A DNA stretch of 64,000 nt from Eledone cirrhosa (lineage: Eukaryota): NCBI GenBank assembly GCA_964016885.1, contig OZ024742.1:288486001-288550000 (forward strand), given 5' to 3'. The position numbers and the translations under genes were made by a program. The notes below the pieces were generated by a model. That model was not told the origin of the DNA, did no database searches, and saw only the letters and a list, made by a program, of their open reading frames with translations. How positions within the stretch are numbered: the first letter of the stretch is position 1; each line of letters begins with the position of its first letter. Below, piece by piece: positions 37,516 to 52,174 of the stretch.

Positions 37516-40500
37516 ATGCGGCGATCCGTAGCCCCCAGCCAAACTGGGGCGGCCAAAAGAACAAGGTTTATGGCACCTTTTAAGGTATGTTCAATAGTTA
37601 AGATTTTCTTTAAGTTCAAATTATGTGAAAATTTAAATATCTTTAAATTAGAAAACAAAATTGATTGTGTGGAGATATCAAAGTGTTTTAGTGGCTGTAT
37701 GGAGTGAATCTCGACACACACCATAACTGAATTGTTAAGAAGTTCTCTTTGAAAATTATACCATCCTGGTTATATCCCACCATGTGTTATATCAAGCAAG
37801 TGTCATTTACCATAGCCTTGGTTTAACCCTTTAGTATTACACTATATATACTATTGTATTTTCACGGTAAACAATATCGAATCTATGAGATTTTGATATT
37901 ATTTATTTTGAGAACAATACATAACATCAGCATGAGTGGCGGGTTACATCCAGTTTGAACAGAATGAGGTGAGAGAATTCTGGTTGGATACGGCTGGTTT
38001 AAATGCTAAAGGGTTAACCTAAGCTTTATGAATCAAACTGGTTAAACAGAAACTGTTTGGAAGCCTGTCAAATAGTTTGCACTTGTAATTCAAAGGACCA
38101 ACTTTGACACACATTGTGTTATGCTGATTCTCCCTGAGAATTATGTTAAAGGGGTACATGTGTCACTGGAATACTCAGCCTCTTACACTGTTAAATAGCT
38201 GGACTGTATCTGTAATTCAAAGAGCAAGCCTTGTCACAAAGTGTATCACACTGAATCTTCTTAAGAACTAGTTTAAGAGGAGCATGTGTTTGTGGAATAT
38301 GCAGCCACCACTGTTGTTAAATCCTCTCTTACAATATCTCATCCTCTAACCTCTGTTGCTATCTCCTCTCATACAATATCTATAACTTTTGTTGCTAACT
38401 CCTCTTATACAATACCTCTAAACTCTGCTGCTATCACCTCTCATACAATACCTTTAATCTCTGTTGCTATCACCTCTCATACAATATCTCTGTCTAACCA
38501 CTGTTGCTAACTCTTCTCTTACAATATCTCTAACCTCTGTTGCTAACTCTTCTCTTACAATATCTCTAACCTCTGTTGCTAAATTCCTTTCATACAAGAT
38601 CTCTAATCTGTGTTGCTAACTCCTCTCATACCATATCTCTAATCTTTATTGCTAACTCCTCTCATACAATATTTCTGTCTAACTTCTGTTGCTATTTCCT
38701 CTCATACAATATCTTTAACTTCTGTTGCTAATTCCTCTCATACAATATCTCTAATCTGTGAAGCTATCCCTTCTCTTACAATATCTCTGAAGTCTGTTGC
38801 TATCACCTCTCATACAATATCTCTGTCTAACTTTTGTTGCTATCTCTTCTTATTCAATATTTTATGCCCATTAACCAAGAAATAACTGAATTTTATTTTT
38901 TTAATACATTTCAGGTAGATAACGAAGAGCGAAAGAATGTACCTGTATTTAACAGGTAATTATACTTATATTCTGTTTACCTGTGTTAACTAACTCCACA
39001 TAATATTACCTGTATAGTTAACTAACTCCACATAATGTTAACTGTGTATTTAACTAACTCCACATAACATTACCTGTGTAGTTACTTAACTCCACATAAC
39101 ATTACTTGTGTAGATAATTAATTTCACATAACATTACCTGTGTAGTTAATTAACTCCATGTAATATTTCCTGTGTAGTTAATTAACTACACGTAATATTA
39201 CCTGTGTATTTAACTAACTCCACATAACATTACCTGTGTATTTAACTAACTTCACATAAAAAGAAAAAGAAAGGTGCTGATCATCAGATTACACCAAGGA
39301 AACTATGTTTCTATTGGTCATTTCATTGCTGATACTTCTGTTTTGTCACAACTCCTGGCAGAAGATAGGAGCTAATCATCAAATTTTACCAAGAAAACAA
39401 TATTTTATCATCATCACCACTATTTAACATCCTTTTTTCCATGCTTGTTGGGTTGGACAAGTTGTCACGCATTAAATCAGTATTTCGCTGGAGCTACACT
39501 CCTTTCAAATGGGCCAGGGTTGTCTTGCTTACAAACGTTCTGGTTTTGGCATGGCTTCAATAGCTGAATACACTTCCTATCACCAACCATTTTACAGAGT
39601 GTACTGTGTGCATTTTATCATGACCTCAGCATTAGGGAGTCTGCCATGTCCTTGACATCAGTGAAGAGTTCTCTCAACCCTTTGTTTAGCATGGTTTCCA
39701 TAGCTGGATGTCCTTTCTATCACCAACCACTTTGTAGAGTGCACCAAGTTCATCACTAGAGAGGTTGTTATGTCATTGACACAACTGTTGTTATTTCATT
39801 CTTTCAGAGGTTTGAATGTCCCAGCAAATTCTGATACAGAACAGAATAGAGATTTCAAAAATGATGAGAATTCTTCCCAAAACAGTTCTTCACCAGCTTC
39901 TCTTCCACGTCCATTTATTTGTAATAAAGGAAACCCTTCCCTTACATCAAGTCAGCTGACAGGGAAACCACATATGTCAGTCTACCATTCACCGTTGGCA
40001 CTGGCATCAGAAAACAAACAAGGTATTTATAATTTTACTTTATATTGTAGAGTGGTCGACACTGTAAAGTGGTCGTGTAGGTGACATGGCAAAAACACCC
40101 AGTCCACACTGTAAAGTGGCCATGTAGGTGACACTACAAAAAAGCCCAGTTCATACTGTAAAGTGGTCATGTAGGTAACATGACAAAAAACGTCCAGTCC
40201 AACTGCAGAACTTTTCTAGTGGTGGTTGTTTACGCAATAAACACACTCAGTACACTCAGTTAGGTACACATCATGTTTAAAAAGAAGAAGAATTAAGCTT
40301 AGCTTAGCTTCAACATTGGAAATCAGAAAATGGAAGGTTTACAGTTTAGTTTGGTACACAGAGTACAGATAGAAATGGATGCAGTGGGAGAGAGATAGTT
40401 GGAAGTGGGATTGATTGAAAGAGAGGCAATTAGGAAGATTGTTGTTTATGGATGTTGTTGCTGTCACCAATTAGTTTACTGAGTGGACTGGGTGCAGTTT

Positions 40501-43500
40501 ATTGTACATTAACACTAGAGGTGTTTACAGCTTGGACTGAATGAAGTTTATTGTGCCACCCTATACTAAATATGTTTACAGAGTGTACTGGGTGCAGTTT
40601 ATTTTGTCACCAACACTAGAGACTTTTACAGTGTACTGGGTGCAGTTTATTGTGCCACTGACACTAGAGATTTTTACAGAGTGTACTGGTGCAGTTTATT
40701 GTGTCACCAACACTAGATACTTACAGAGTGTACTGGGTGCAGCAGGTTGAAATGCCCTCTCTATCCTTCCTTAGTTTATTGAATGGCCTTCATGTGATGA
40801 ACCTTGATATCTATATTTGATATGGGCTGTATTTCGTTTGTTGTAGATAATGAAAGTAATGTCCAGAATGGTGCCAGTAGTACAACATCTCCTACTCTGG
40901 AGAATTACTATTCTGTCGTTTGGAGCAAACTCTCAAAGAAGAAGGTGAATATTCCTGTTTTTTTTTTTATTTAAAAAAAGATTTTAAAAAATTCAGTGTT
41001 TGCTGTGTCTGAAATAATTAAGTTAATTTTTGAGCTGTGAAAGCAAACTGTTCTGATAGATATAAATAAAACTACCATATTTCTTGAGTATAGTACAACT
41101 CCTGTTTCTGAAGCTTAAAATAAAAAGAAGAAAAACAGGAATAAACTACATCCTTGTGTATAATATGACCATGGGGTACAGCTATGTTCTATGTCTTTGA
41201 CCCTGGAGTACACCTATGTCTTTGACCTTGGAGTATAGCTATTTCCTGTCTTTGACCTTGGAGTACAGCTATGTCCTATGTGTTTGACCCTGGAGTACAC
41301 CTATTTCTTTGACCTTGGAGTATAGCTATGTCTTTGACCTTGGGATACAGCTATGTCCTATGTCTTTAACCTTGGAGTACAGCTATGTCCTATGTCTTTG
41401 TAAATGTTTTGTTAACTTGTATTGTATTATCTATCAAAATCTCAATCTCACATATTTCACTACAATATTCAGTTTCTTATTCAAAAGTGAAAAAGTTTAT
41501 ATTTCAACAATAGTTAGGGGTTAGTTGTAACAATAATGTTTTGGAAACAGTAACCCCTGGTCTTAGGACATGAGGGTAGCATTATCTGTGGGGAGAGAGG
41601 GGGGCCACAGTAACCCCTGGTGTTAGAACTGGAGGAAACTAAACTACTGTCATAGTTTTGCACATTATTTATCAAAATTAGTCTGCAAAATAAAAGATAT
41701 GCCCTAATTAGAGACTAGGAAGATGTTTTGTTGTGTCATTATTGATTTCTCTCTGTTGCAGCATAAAAAATGGGAAGGTGATGCTGTGCTGGTGACTCAT
41801 GGACGGAAAGCTACCCTTTATGATATGGAAGGGAAAGAGTAAGTTTCTTATCATTATAAGGTGGTGTGGGGGTTAAATAGATGAACTATGTAAAATGTCG
41901 GCGGTGATGATGACAATGATATGCTGCTATGGACATGTAATGTGTATGGATGTCAAGAATGGGATAAAAATGTGGAAGGATGTCATAGAAGATATGGTGG
42001 GAGTTGATCACAGGATGCTGCTGAACTTCACAGTGGAGATGACAGATGATTGCAACAAGTAGCAAGGTACTGTTTCAGAATGGACCCACTCCACCTTTGC
42101 AAACATGGAAAAATTGACATAAAAATGATGAGGATGATTATGATGATGGTAAGATGTTATTGACACTGATGGTGATGATGAAGAGGAGTAAGTTGTGGTC
42201 AGTTCAATTGTTATCACCCACTTCCTCCAAATTTGTAGCTTTGTTTCATGTCATGAAATCAGTGTCTTCGTCATCACCATCATCATTACCATTTTCATCA
42301 TCACTACCATCATTACCACTATCATCATCATCATCACCACCATCACTATTAAATAGACTGGACATAATCTGGGTTTTTCTTTTACCCAATTGGTTCCCAT
42401 GTCACATAACTTATTTTGCTTATTACCGTAAGAAAGGCATGAATGCCACACAATCTCATTTCACCACATATTTATGGAAGAAATCATCATTTCTATGTGT
42501 GAAACTGAATGCCTCATTTATCTGTTTCTAGGATTGGTAAGATGTCTGGCTATAAAGAATCCATGTTGAGTTCCTTACAGGAAGATCACACATTCACACT
42601 TGCTGCTAAAGAAATATTGGTAAGAATTATGTTTTTATATATTTGTCTATATATAAGTGTTTGTGTATAGAACAATGAAAACATAACAGAAGTCAGAGGT
42701 AGGTGGTTAATAACTACCTACCTCTGACTTCTGTCTTGTTTTCATTACACGAACACTTATATATTACTCTGTAACCTTGTTGGATTCTTCTTTGAGGAAA
42801 CCTTGAGCATTGGTCACCTACTACAAAAACTACTGGTCACACCGCCTAATCTCTCTGTAACCATCTTTCCAAAGACATTGAATTCTAACAATGCTATCAG
42901 CCCCGCCACAACCAGGTGGAATATGATATATTTGTTTATAGGAAATATTATTATTTCTTTATCTAGGGGTGGTGAATTGGCATTATCGGTAGAGAGTCTG
43001 ACGCAATGCTTTGTAGCAAAGAGTTACGGCCCTTTATGATCTGAGTTCAAATCCCGCCAAGGTTAACTTTGCCTTTCATCCTTATGGGGTCGATAAAATA
43101 AAGGACCAGTAATACACTGGGATAATTGCTGACCTTGTGCCAAAAATAGAAACAATTATTATTTCTTTATCGTTGTTTTAATATTTTTATTTTTATATTG
43201 AAAGCATAATTTCTCTGGCCCATGTAGTTGTCATGTAGTTATCCAAGAAACCATATGAGACCACTACTGGGTCAGACATGTCACAAGGTTCACATAAAAC
43301 ATGTGGATCTGTGCAGTTGTCGAGGTTATCCAAGAGATCAGATGAGACCACTTGGAAGACCTCTGCTGGGTCAGATATGTTACAAGGTTCACATAAAACA
43401 TGTAGACCTGAGCAATGGTCAAGAGGTTATCCAAGAGATCATAAAAGATCACACAGAAGACCTCCAAGATGATGGGAAGATGACAGTTAAATGATTCAGG

Positions 43501-46500
43501 TTAAAATGGAAAAGAAGAGTATAATCAAAGAAAGAATGGAAACCTGTTTTGACCAGTGATGTATCAGGACATCTGATATCTGGTTGATCCATTATGACCA
43601 GTGATAGTCTGATCACTCAATTTTGACCAATGATGTATCAGGACATCTGATAGCCTAGTCAATCCAAAGAGCCTAAAATTTTGCCTTTAATTGTTTTGGG
43701 GTTGATAAAATGAAGTACCAGTCCATGGTGGTGTATTGGTAGAATTGTTAGTGTCAGATGAGATGCCTTGCAGAATTTGTTCTAGTTCTTGATGTTCTGA
43801 GTTCAAAACCCATTGTTATCTACCTAGACTTAATCTCTCACCCAGTTTAACACCACCATCTACCCTTGGGTGTATTTAGTAGAGTTTACTTTGTTTCAAG
43901 TAGTTGGCCAGGTTTCTAGCTCAAGAATATCTTCCTTCCTCTTTTCTAACAATCTTATAGACTCTGAAAGGGTCATGGGAAATGCCTTTCCACCTCTGAC
44001 TAAACAGTAATAATAAAAGTCATGGGTAGAGGGGCAGTAGTCATGATGATTCCACATCCTTCTACCTGACTGATATAGATTTCTATGGATGATATTCAGT
44101 TTGAACATCTGGAGTTCAAAATCTGTAGGGATGGCAGCATGTCTGGGCCACCAGGCTGAAATAAATACTAGAGTGGATAGGTTGATTACGTGATAAACAA
44201 AAAACTCTTAATGGTAGAGCTCCAGCATGGCAACAGTCCTTTAACTGAAACCAATAAATGAATAAAAATATAATGGTGAAGTATTTGCAGCTTATTGATA
44301 TTTTTTTACTTTGAAACTTGCTTTTTTCCCTCTTTTTTTATTTTTCTTCCTCTCTGTCCAGGTAATGTCTCGCCTTCCAGCAGAAAGTTTTAAAACAGGA
44401 AAATGTTTCCTACCAGGGGGAGCAGTGCCATCTTCTGCACCACCAAAACCAAAAGGTTTGTATTGCCATCATCAAAATCAACATTTTTTGCACATATGTA
44501 TTTTTTATTTATTGTTTGTGAATCAAAGCTGAACTTGATTGTTCAGTCTGTGAATCAAAGTTGAACTTCATTGTTCAATAACATTCTGGTCCTAGCTATC
44601 TGCTTTATATTAATTTTTAACATTCTGTATCACATGAAATCACATTGACAAGAAATTCTTAAAAAGTACAAAGCATCACTATGACTGCACCAGTTTAAAA
44701 AGTTAAAATCCTTAAATCTAATACTATAAATGTTCAGTAGAATCTGTTCTCTAAAGATTCTATAAACATTTGGAGTAACAAACCACCTGAAACACATGTG
44801 TATATCATGACTCATGCACTGTTCATTTTCCTGACGTTTGTACATTACCCTATGTACTATACATACACTTTTTGATGAGTTGTAGTGCACCTGAGCACTG
44901 TACACAATATTTCATTATTATTATTATTATTATTTTAAACCACATTAGCAAGACATTCTTAAAAAGTACAAAGCAGCACTATGACTGCATCACATTAAAT
45001 ATTTTCATAAAAACAATAACAATAAAATTTTATTAAAAATTTATAAAAAGACTACTTTTCTCACAAACTCCCTAAATTCTCTCGTGGAACCCATTTTTTG
45101 AAAACATTAGGCTAAATCATTTAAAACCACTTTATTTTTAGGGTTGGTTGGGCAAAGCAGGTACATTACAAGTTAGAAATACAGGCATTAAAAAATCTGT
45201 TCTCTATTCCAGATGTCTCCAGACCTTAGTTATACAGTCTGTTCTTTATTCCAGATGCTGTTTCCAGACCATTTGTCACTCCTCAGTTAAACAGTACTAC
45301 AAGCAATAATTCCTCTAAAAGTCAAGTGAGTTCTGTCTCATTCTATTATCTATGTAGAGTTTTGTATACAGTTGCCTACACACACATGTACATACTCAAA
45401 CACACCACACTCTCACACACAAATGCACATGTCATGGGTTTTGACAGGTTGTCATAGTCTGAAACCAGACAGGTCAGGGAACCATGTCTCACATGTTCAA
45501 ATTTTTCCATGGTTTCTACAGCTGGATGCCCTTCATAATCCCAAATACTTTACAGAATTTATTGGGTACATTTTATGGTATCAGCAATACCACTTTACAG
45601 AGTGTACTAGGTGCATTTTATCATAACATCAGCACTAAAAAGGTTGTTGTACTTTTGATGTGATTGAAGGGCCCTCTCTATCCTTATTTGATAGAATTTC
45701 TATGGCCAGATGCACTTCCTAATGTTTACTAAGTGCATTTTATCATGACACCAACACTAGAGAGGTTGTAATGTCTTAGAGACAGCCAAAGAGTCCTCTC
45801 TACCTTTACTTGACATGTTAAAATTTCAGTCATATATTTATGCTATAATCTACTTATGTGATCATTTTGCACTTCTTTCTCTGTTCTAGAAACCTGCTGC
45901 TGATCAAGTGGAGAGTTTTACTCCAAGACATGATCCTTTAGCTTTTAGTGCTCTTGTTATGCCAAGACCCAGCCAAGACCATCAGGTTTCTATAGTTTTA
46001 TTAATTATATTCATACAGATCACATGGTGGTCATGGTTATGACTCAAGAAACGAAGAAGGAGTGAGGCTTCTTGAATTTTGTGATGCAAGTGAATTAACC
46101 ATTTGCAACACTAACTTCAGGAAACCTGCCAATCACCTAATAACCTACCAATCAGGCGAGCACATAAGCCAAATTGACTTCTTGCTAATTAGGCAACGAG
46201 ACAGACAGATGGTTACAAATACTAAGGCATACCCTGGGGAAGAATGTACCCCCCCCCCCCCCAAACATAGGTTAGTCATTTCAATATAATGGCATTTCAA
46301 TAAGCAAGAGACAAAATGAGACGCACAGGAAGGTATGGAAAAGGAAAGTCTGGAAGCTAAAGAACCTTTCACTTAAATCTAAATTTAGGAAAGCCCTTCA
46401 AGATGTGTGTGATGAGAAAGAAGATGAATTAGAATTGTATGATATAGAAGATAACTGGAAGTTCTTACATGACAACCTACTGCAAGCAATTGAAGAGACT

Positions 46501-49500
46501 TGTGGCTGGAGCAAAGCCCCAACCAGACAGAGGGTGACTTAGGGTAGATTAGAGCCTTTAAAGACAAAAGACAAGCATGGAAGGATTGGAAAAATAGGGG
46601 GAGTAGAGACCGATACTCAGCCGCTAAAAGAGAGGCTAGATGTCAGGTATACTTAGCACACGGGGAAGCTGAGAGTAGGATGTTTGCCAATGTTCTGCAA
46701 CGAGAGGATCAGAGATGTGAGGTGTTCCGCATTGCAAGGCAGTGTGTCAGTGTAAATCAGGATGTTGTTGGAGATAAGTGTATCCGAAATGATGCTGGTG
46801 CACTTAGCATCACTGATGCTCAGAAAAAGAAGGAGGCCTGGAAATGTCATGATGAGAGACTGATGAATGGGAGAGAGAGAAACTACCCCCAACAGAGGAA
46901 CCAGCTATTGAGGTTGACGACTATAAGGTCAAAGAGGCAATTAAGGAAATGAAAAGTGGTAAGGCCGCTGGACTGTCAGGGATAGTTCTGAGATGCTGAA
47001 AGCATCAGGAGAAGTAGGGACTAAACTGGTTGCACGCATAGTCAATCAAGTTATATATTGCGAAGTCATGCCTCAAAACTGGTGCAACAGTATTCTTGTA
47101 AATTGCTACAAAGGTAAAGGGGATGCTCTGGAGAGGAGCAATTATAGGGGCATAATACTGATGGATCAGGTTATGTAAGTGACAGAAAGAGTATTCGCAC
47201 AGCTAATTAGAGAAAGAGGCAAATTAGATGAGTTGCAGTTTGGTTTTGTGTCTGGGAAAAGTACAACAGATGGCCTCTTCTTAATGAGACAATTACAAGA
47301 GAGGTTCTTAGAGAAGAATAAGCCATTATATTAGCTTTTGTTGACCTTGAGAAGGCCTTTGATAGGGGACCCCAATCTGTCATCTGGTGGTCCCTAAGGA
47401 AACTAGGTGTAGAGGAATGGCTTGTGAGGACAGTACAGGGGTGCTGTCAGTAAAGTGAGAGTAGGAATGGAGTTTAGTGAAGAATACCAGATACAAGTAG
47501 GAGATCATCAGGGTTCGGTCCTCAGCCCACTCTTATTCATTATAGTTCTCCAAGCCAGCAGAATCAGTCGAGGAGCTAGAGAATAGATTCTGGCTATGGA
47601 AACAGCAGTTGGAATCAAGAGGACTGAGAGTGAACCTAGTAAAGACTAAAGTGTTGATAAGTAGGAAAGAGGACAAGACTCTGATTCCATCAGGGAAACG
47701 GTCATATTCAATATGCAGAAAAGGAGTTGGCATAATCTCTATAGAATGTACACAATGCAGATCTTGGGTACACGAGGTGTAGTGGGATAGCAGGAAAACT
47801 AACAGGAAGGGAAAATTTCATATGTAGTAGATGTTCAGGGAAAATTGATAGTAGAAGTGGCAGTGATAGACACATTTTTCAAATGCAGGTAGGATCTATA
47901 GAGGTGGTTGATAGCTTCCGATATCTTGGTGATCAGATTAGCAAGGTTGGAGGATGCTCCGAGGCCATAGTATCTAGAATAAGAACAGGATGGAAGAAGT
48001 TTAATGAGCTGCTTCCTCTGTTGACAATGAAGGGTTTCATCCTACGAACAAAAGATTGGTTATATGATACCTGTGTGAGATGCGCGATGCTGCATGGTAG
48101 TCAGACATGGGCAGCGACAGCTGGAGAGAAATGAAACAAGCATGCTCCAATGGATGTGCAATGTTAATGTATGTGAACGACCAAGCATAGATGAGTTGAG
48201 AGGGAAACTGTATATAAGAGGAATAAACTGTAGCGTGTAGGAGAAAAGACTGTTGGTATGGCCATGTGATGCACATGGAAGATGACCGTTGGGGGAAGAA
48301 GTGCCAAGAAATCCCGGTTGAAGGAAGACGCAGTAGAGGAAGACCATAAAAAACATGGGCGGAGGTGGTGAGAGCTGATCTCAGATCGCTGAAGCTCACT
48401 GAGGAGATGATGAGGGACCGTGATAAATGGAGAGATGCTGTGCTGAAGAGGACCCGTCCCACTCTTGCAAGCAGGGAATAGCAGAAGTAAAATGATGATT
48501 ATGATGATCACTATAAAACTATCAATTCTATATCTGTTTTTTTTCATCATTGTTGTTTTTGTATATCTGTTTGTCAATGCTTACATCAGTTGGACAGGTC
48601 TTCTCCAGCACAGCATCTCACCACTTGTTCTATATCATCTTTGTGAGGTTTAACCACCTAAGATCAGCACTAACTATTTCTCTCCATATCCTCCTTGGTC
48701 TTCTTCCACATCATCCTTCCACTTGTCTCTTTTCTTCATCATTTTCTCTGTGAGGTTCAGCACCCTGAGATCACCTTTCACCATTTCTGCTCAAGTCTTT
48801 CTTGGGCTTCCTTTTCTACATCTTTTCATTTGAAACTCTTGGTACTTTTTTCCCCCAATGATCAACATTACCCTCTGAGGCATTTTTGCTCATTGCTGTC
48901 TTTGACAGCATTTAGCTGTTTTAACGGCTGTTCTAGCGATGAGTTTTCTCATTTTTATATGTATTATATTATTCATGTATATATATATATGTGCACACAT
49001 ATATTGTTTCTCTTCTCTTTGACAGTGGCATCACAACAAGAATTCTCTGGTTATAGTTGATGTTGTCGTTGATCCATATATCTCACGTCATTTACGACCT
49101 CACCAGCGAGAAGGAATCATATTTCTCTATGAATGTGTGATGGGGATGAGAGACTTCAATGGAAATGGAGCCATCTTGGCGTCAGTTAACTTTTTTTCAC
49201 ATCTACTCTCAATATATTCACTGTAATTAAGCTGTTTAAACTAGTGTTGATACCATGATAAAATATACCCAGTAAACTCTGTAAGATGGTAGTGTTGGTT
49301 CCATGATAAAATATACCCAGTACACTCTATGAAGTGGTAGTGTTGATACCATGATAAAACATACCCAGTACACTCTGTAAGATGGTAGTGTTGGTGCCAC
49401 AATAAAATATACCCAGCACACTCTGTAAGGTGGTGGTATTGGTGCCATGATAAAATACACACAGTAAACTATAAAGTGGTAGTGTTGATGCCTTGATAAA

Positions 49501-52079
49501 ACATACCCAGTACACTATGTAAGATGATAGTGTTGGTGTCATGATAAAATTTATCCAGCATGCTTTGTAAGATGGTAGTGCTGGTTTCACTATAAATGCA
49601 CCCAAGTTAGACAGGCTGTCACATTCTGAAGCTAGACATGTCAGATGCCATTGTGCTCTGGCTTCTGCAGCTGGGTTCTGTTTCTAACACCAACCACTTT
49701 ACAGTGTATATTGGGTGCATTTTATCTTGATACCAACCTGACAAGGTTGACTGGGTACTTTTTATCATGGCATTAGCACTAGTACTTTACAGAATGGGCT
49801 GGGTACATTTTATCATTGCACTAGCACTCATCACTGGCTTAGATAGGGTGTTGTTAGAAGACCAGCAGTCACCCTGCATGCCAGTTTCCTCTCTCTATGG
49901 CACCAATGTTATACAAAGGAAAGACAAATTGCTGATACATCTTGCTGACACCGCAACTCATATACACACTATATATAAACTTTATACAATGCATATGATG
50001 CTATCCAAGGAAAAAGCAAAAACTGATACAGCTTGACATCAGTATCATTGCAACTCATATATGTCTAATATATACACTATATATGATGTTGTTCAAGGGA
50101 TAGGCAACGGCTGAAACTGCTTGCCATCAGAGATGTCAAACTCAGAACACAGATGGCTACAATCCTCCTGCAGCCATTGCAGCTTTCATAAACAGTTGTG
50201 ATCTCATGGTTGGGTGATTAGCTCTGATCATTGATGAGGTTTGGATCCTTAGGTGGAATTTGAACTAAGAATGTACAGTACTGGAATAGATACCACAAGG
50301 CATATACTCTAACAATTCCTTTACTCAATCACCATGAGCTGGTACTGATGAAAGCGAGGTTAACCTCAACAGGATATGAACTCAGAACATAGAGAACCAG
50401 ATGAAATACCAATACTGTATTTAAGCAACATTCAAACGACTTTATTCTAGGGATCAATGTAACCTGATTAAAACATATTTCTGCTAATTATATATTTTCT
50501 ATTGTAATGATTCATTTGTGATACCTATCTGTGTTTCTTGTTACAGTGATGACATGGGACTAGGAAAGACTTTGCAATGTATTGGATTGTTGTGGTGAGT
50601 TTCAAATTCTGGAGATTATATCTTTATTTAATTGATATTTCTCTCTTGTGAAGGCGCGTGACTTACAATCGTAAGGTTGTAATTTTAATTCCTGGTGGCG
50701 CATTGTGTCCTTGAACAAGACACTTTATTTCACATTGTTCCAGTCCAATCAGCTGGCAAAAATGAGTTGTACCTGTAGTTCGAAGGTCCAGCCTTGTCAC
50801 ACTGAATCTCCCTGAGAGCTACATAAAGGATACGCGTGTCTGTGGAATGCTCAGCCACTTGTACGTTAATTTCACAAGCAGGCTGTTCTGTTGATCGGAT
50901 CATCTGGAATACTTGTCGTAACCAACGATGTGACTCCATTTCTCACTTTCTTTTTAATATATATTCCTTTTCCTGTTGTAATGTAATGTTTTCTGTTGTT
51001 GTGCAGGACATTGTATAAGCAGGGTCCATATGGCGGTAAACCAGTTTTACACAGAATCCTGATTGTCACACCAAGTAGCTTAGTAAAGGTACACTTTTCA
51101 TTTTCTCCTGTTAATCTTTACTTTTGGGTTACTTCAAAGTCATGCTGGGTGTCACAGTAAAATGCACCCAGTACACCCTGTAAAGTTGTAGTGCTGGAAC
51201 TATGAAAAAACACATCCAGTTTGGTCGAGGACATTAGGGTGTCCAACTGTAGCGACCATTTCAAAATATGAAATGTATGAACAAGTTAAAGTTGTCCTAA
51301 ACCTTCTCATCTCAGACCATGTCAACCCATCTAACCCTTGCCAGCAGGGAAAGTAGATATAAGAGGATGAGGATGGACCAATATATTTTCACAGCCAACT
51401 GGTACATGTGACTAGAATGAAGCAGGTGGGGCTGGGTTCATATTTTACCTGAATTATCAACTTAGTGGTTTATCTTTTTGGGTACAACTTATGAGACCCT
51501 AAATATTAGGCTCCTGGGGATCAGGTCAACAGCATGCCATCCTTTTGAGTACAATGTACCACACATCTTTAATACCTCACCCTCAACACCACGCATCCTC
51601 TATATCACACCCCCTAAATATCACACTACACCACATCTCATCACACTACCACTACACTATACCATGCTATATCACATTACACCACAACATACTACACCAC
51701 ACTACACTACATTACACCACACTACACCACATTGCACCACATTACACAACACAATATTACACTACACCATACACCACACTACACTATGCTATCACACCAC
51801 ATCACATCACCACACTTCACTATAACACACCATACCACACCACTCCACACCACACCACCACCACACCACACCATACCACACCACAACAACACCACACCAC
51901 ACACACCATCCTACCATACCACACCACACCATACCACATGACTGTTGTAATATATTCTATGTCTACAAACATTTAAAAAATCTGTTTATTTTCATCAGAA
52001 TTGGTTCCAAGAATTCAAGAAATGGCTGGGAAGTGAACGACTGTCGGTGTTTACTATGGATGCTGATAAGAAAATAGAT
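37516..52079 (+). CDS. RAD54B: DNA repair and recombination protein RAD54B (SNF2 family), N-terminal 13 coding exons; continues beyond the right edge
   Basis: Exons 37516-37584 (MRRSVAPSQ...), 38915-38955, 39808-40022, 40847-40944 ([13 protein letters not shown]), 41762-41838 ([10 protein letters not shown]), 42532-42619, 44362-44455, 45255-45325, 45890-45985, 49026-49180 ([26 protein letters not shown]), 50547-50594 (Walker [10 protein letters not shown]), 51007-51088 and 51999-52079 ([11 protein letters not shown]). All splice phases are consistent. Confidence 0.93.
38320..38850. repeat. Minisatellite, ~33-36 bp unit
   Basis: Repeats of AACCTCTGTTGCTA.CTCCTCTCATACAATATCTCT. Confidence 0.85.
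38975..39260. repeat. Minisatellite, ~32 bp unit
   Basis: Repeats of TTACCTGTGTAGTTAACTAACTCCACATAACA. Confidence 0.85.
41165..41400. repeat. Minisatellite, 25-32 bp unit
   Basis: Repeats of TTTGACCTTGGAGTACAGCTATGTC(CTATGTC). Confidence 0.8.
42966..43160 (+). mobile_element. tRNA-derived SINE (same family)
   Basis: Closely similar to 14225-14405. Confidence 0.82.
46020..48505 (+). mobile_element. Long decayed RTE-clade LINE in a RAD54B intron
   Basis: APE C-terminus ([19 protein letters not shown]), RT ([32 protein letters not shown]), C-terminal SFRYLGD...GRP; frameshifts and stops; ATG-repeat tail. Confidence 0.9.
49235..49605. repeat. Tandem amplification of a SINE/RTE-UTR subrepeat (~48 bp); related array at 40470-40745
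   Basis: Repeats of AGTGTTGGTGCCATGATAAAATATACCCAGTACACTCTGTAAGATGGT. Confidence 0.75.
50650..50935 (+). mobile_element. Second SINE family (copies at ~19860-20060, 21300-21535, 38050-38310)
   Basis: Shared GTGTCCTTGA.CAAGA.ACTT..CCAGTCCA.TCAGCTGGCAAAAATG..TGTGGAATGCTCAGCCAC sequence. Confidence 0.7.
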
Positions 52080-52174
52080 GTGAGTGTATTTCTCTTGGAT
52101 TTTGTAAGATGGTGGATGGTGATGGTCTGTTATAGTACCAAGTGTATGATAATGTGGGTTACTATACTAGCTAC

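Noticed and set aside
51478-51976. His/Thr-rich ORFs (also 25070-25310)
   Set aside because: Degenerate (CACAC/CACTA)n simple repeat.
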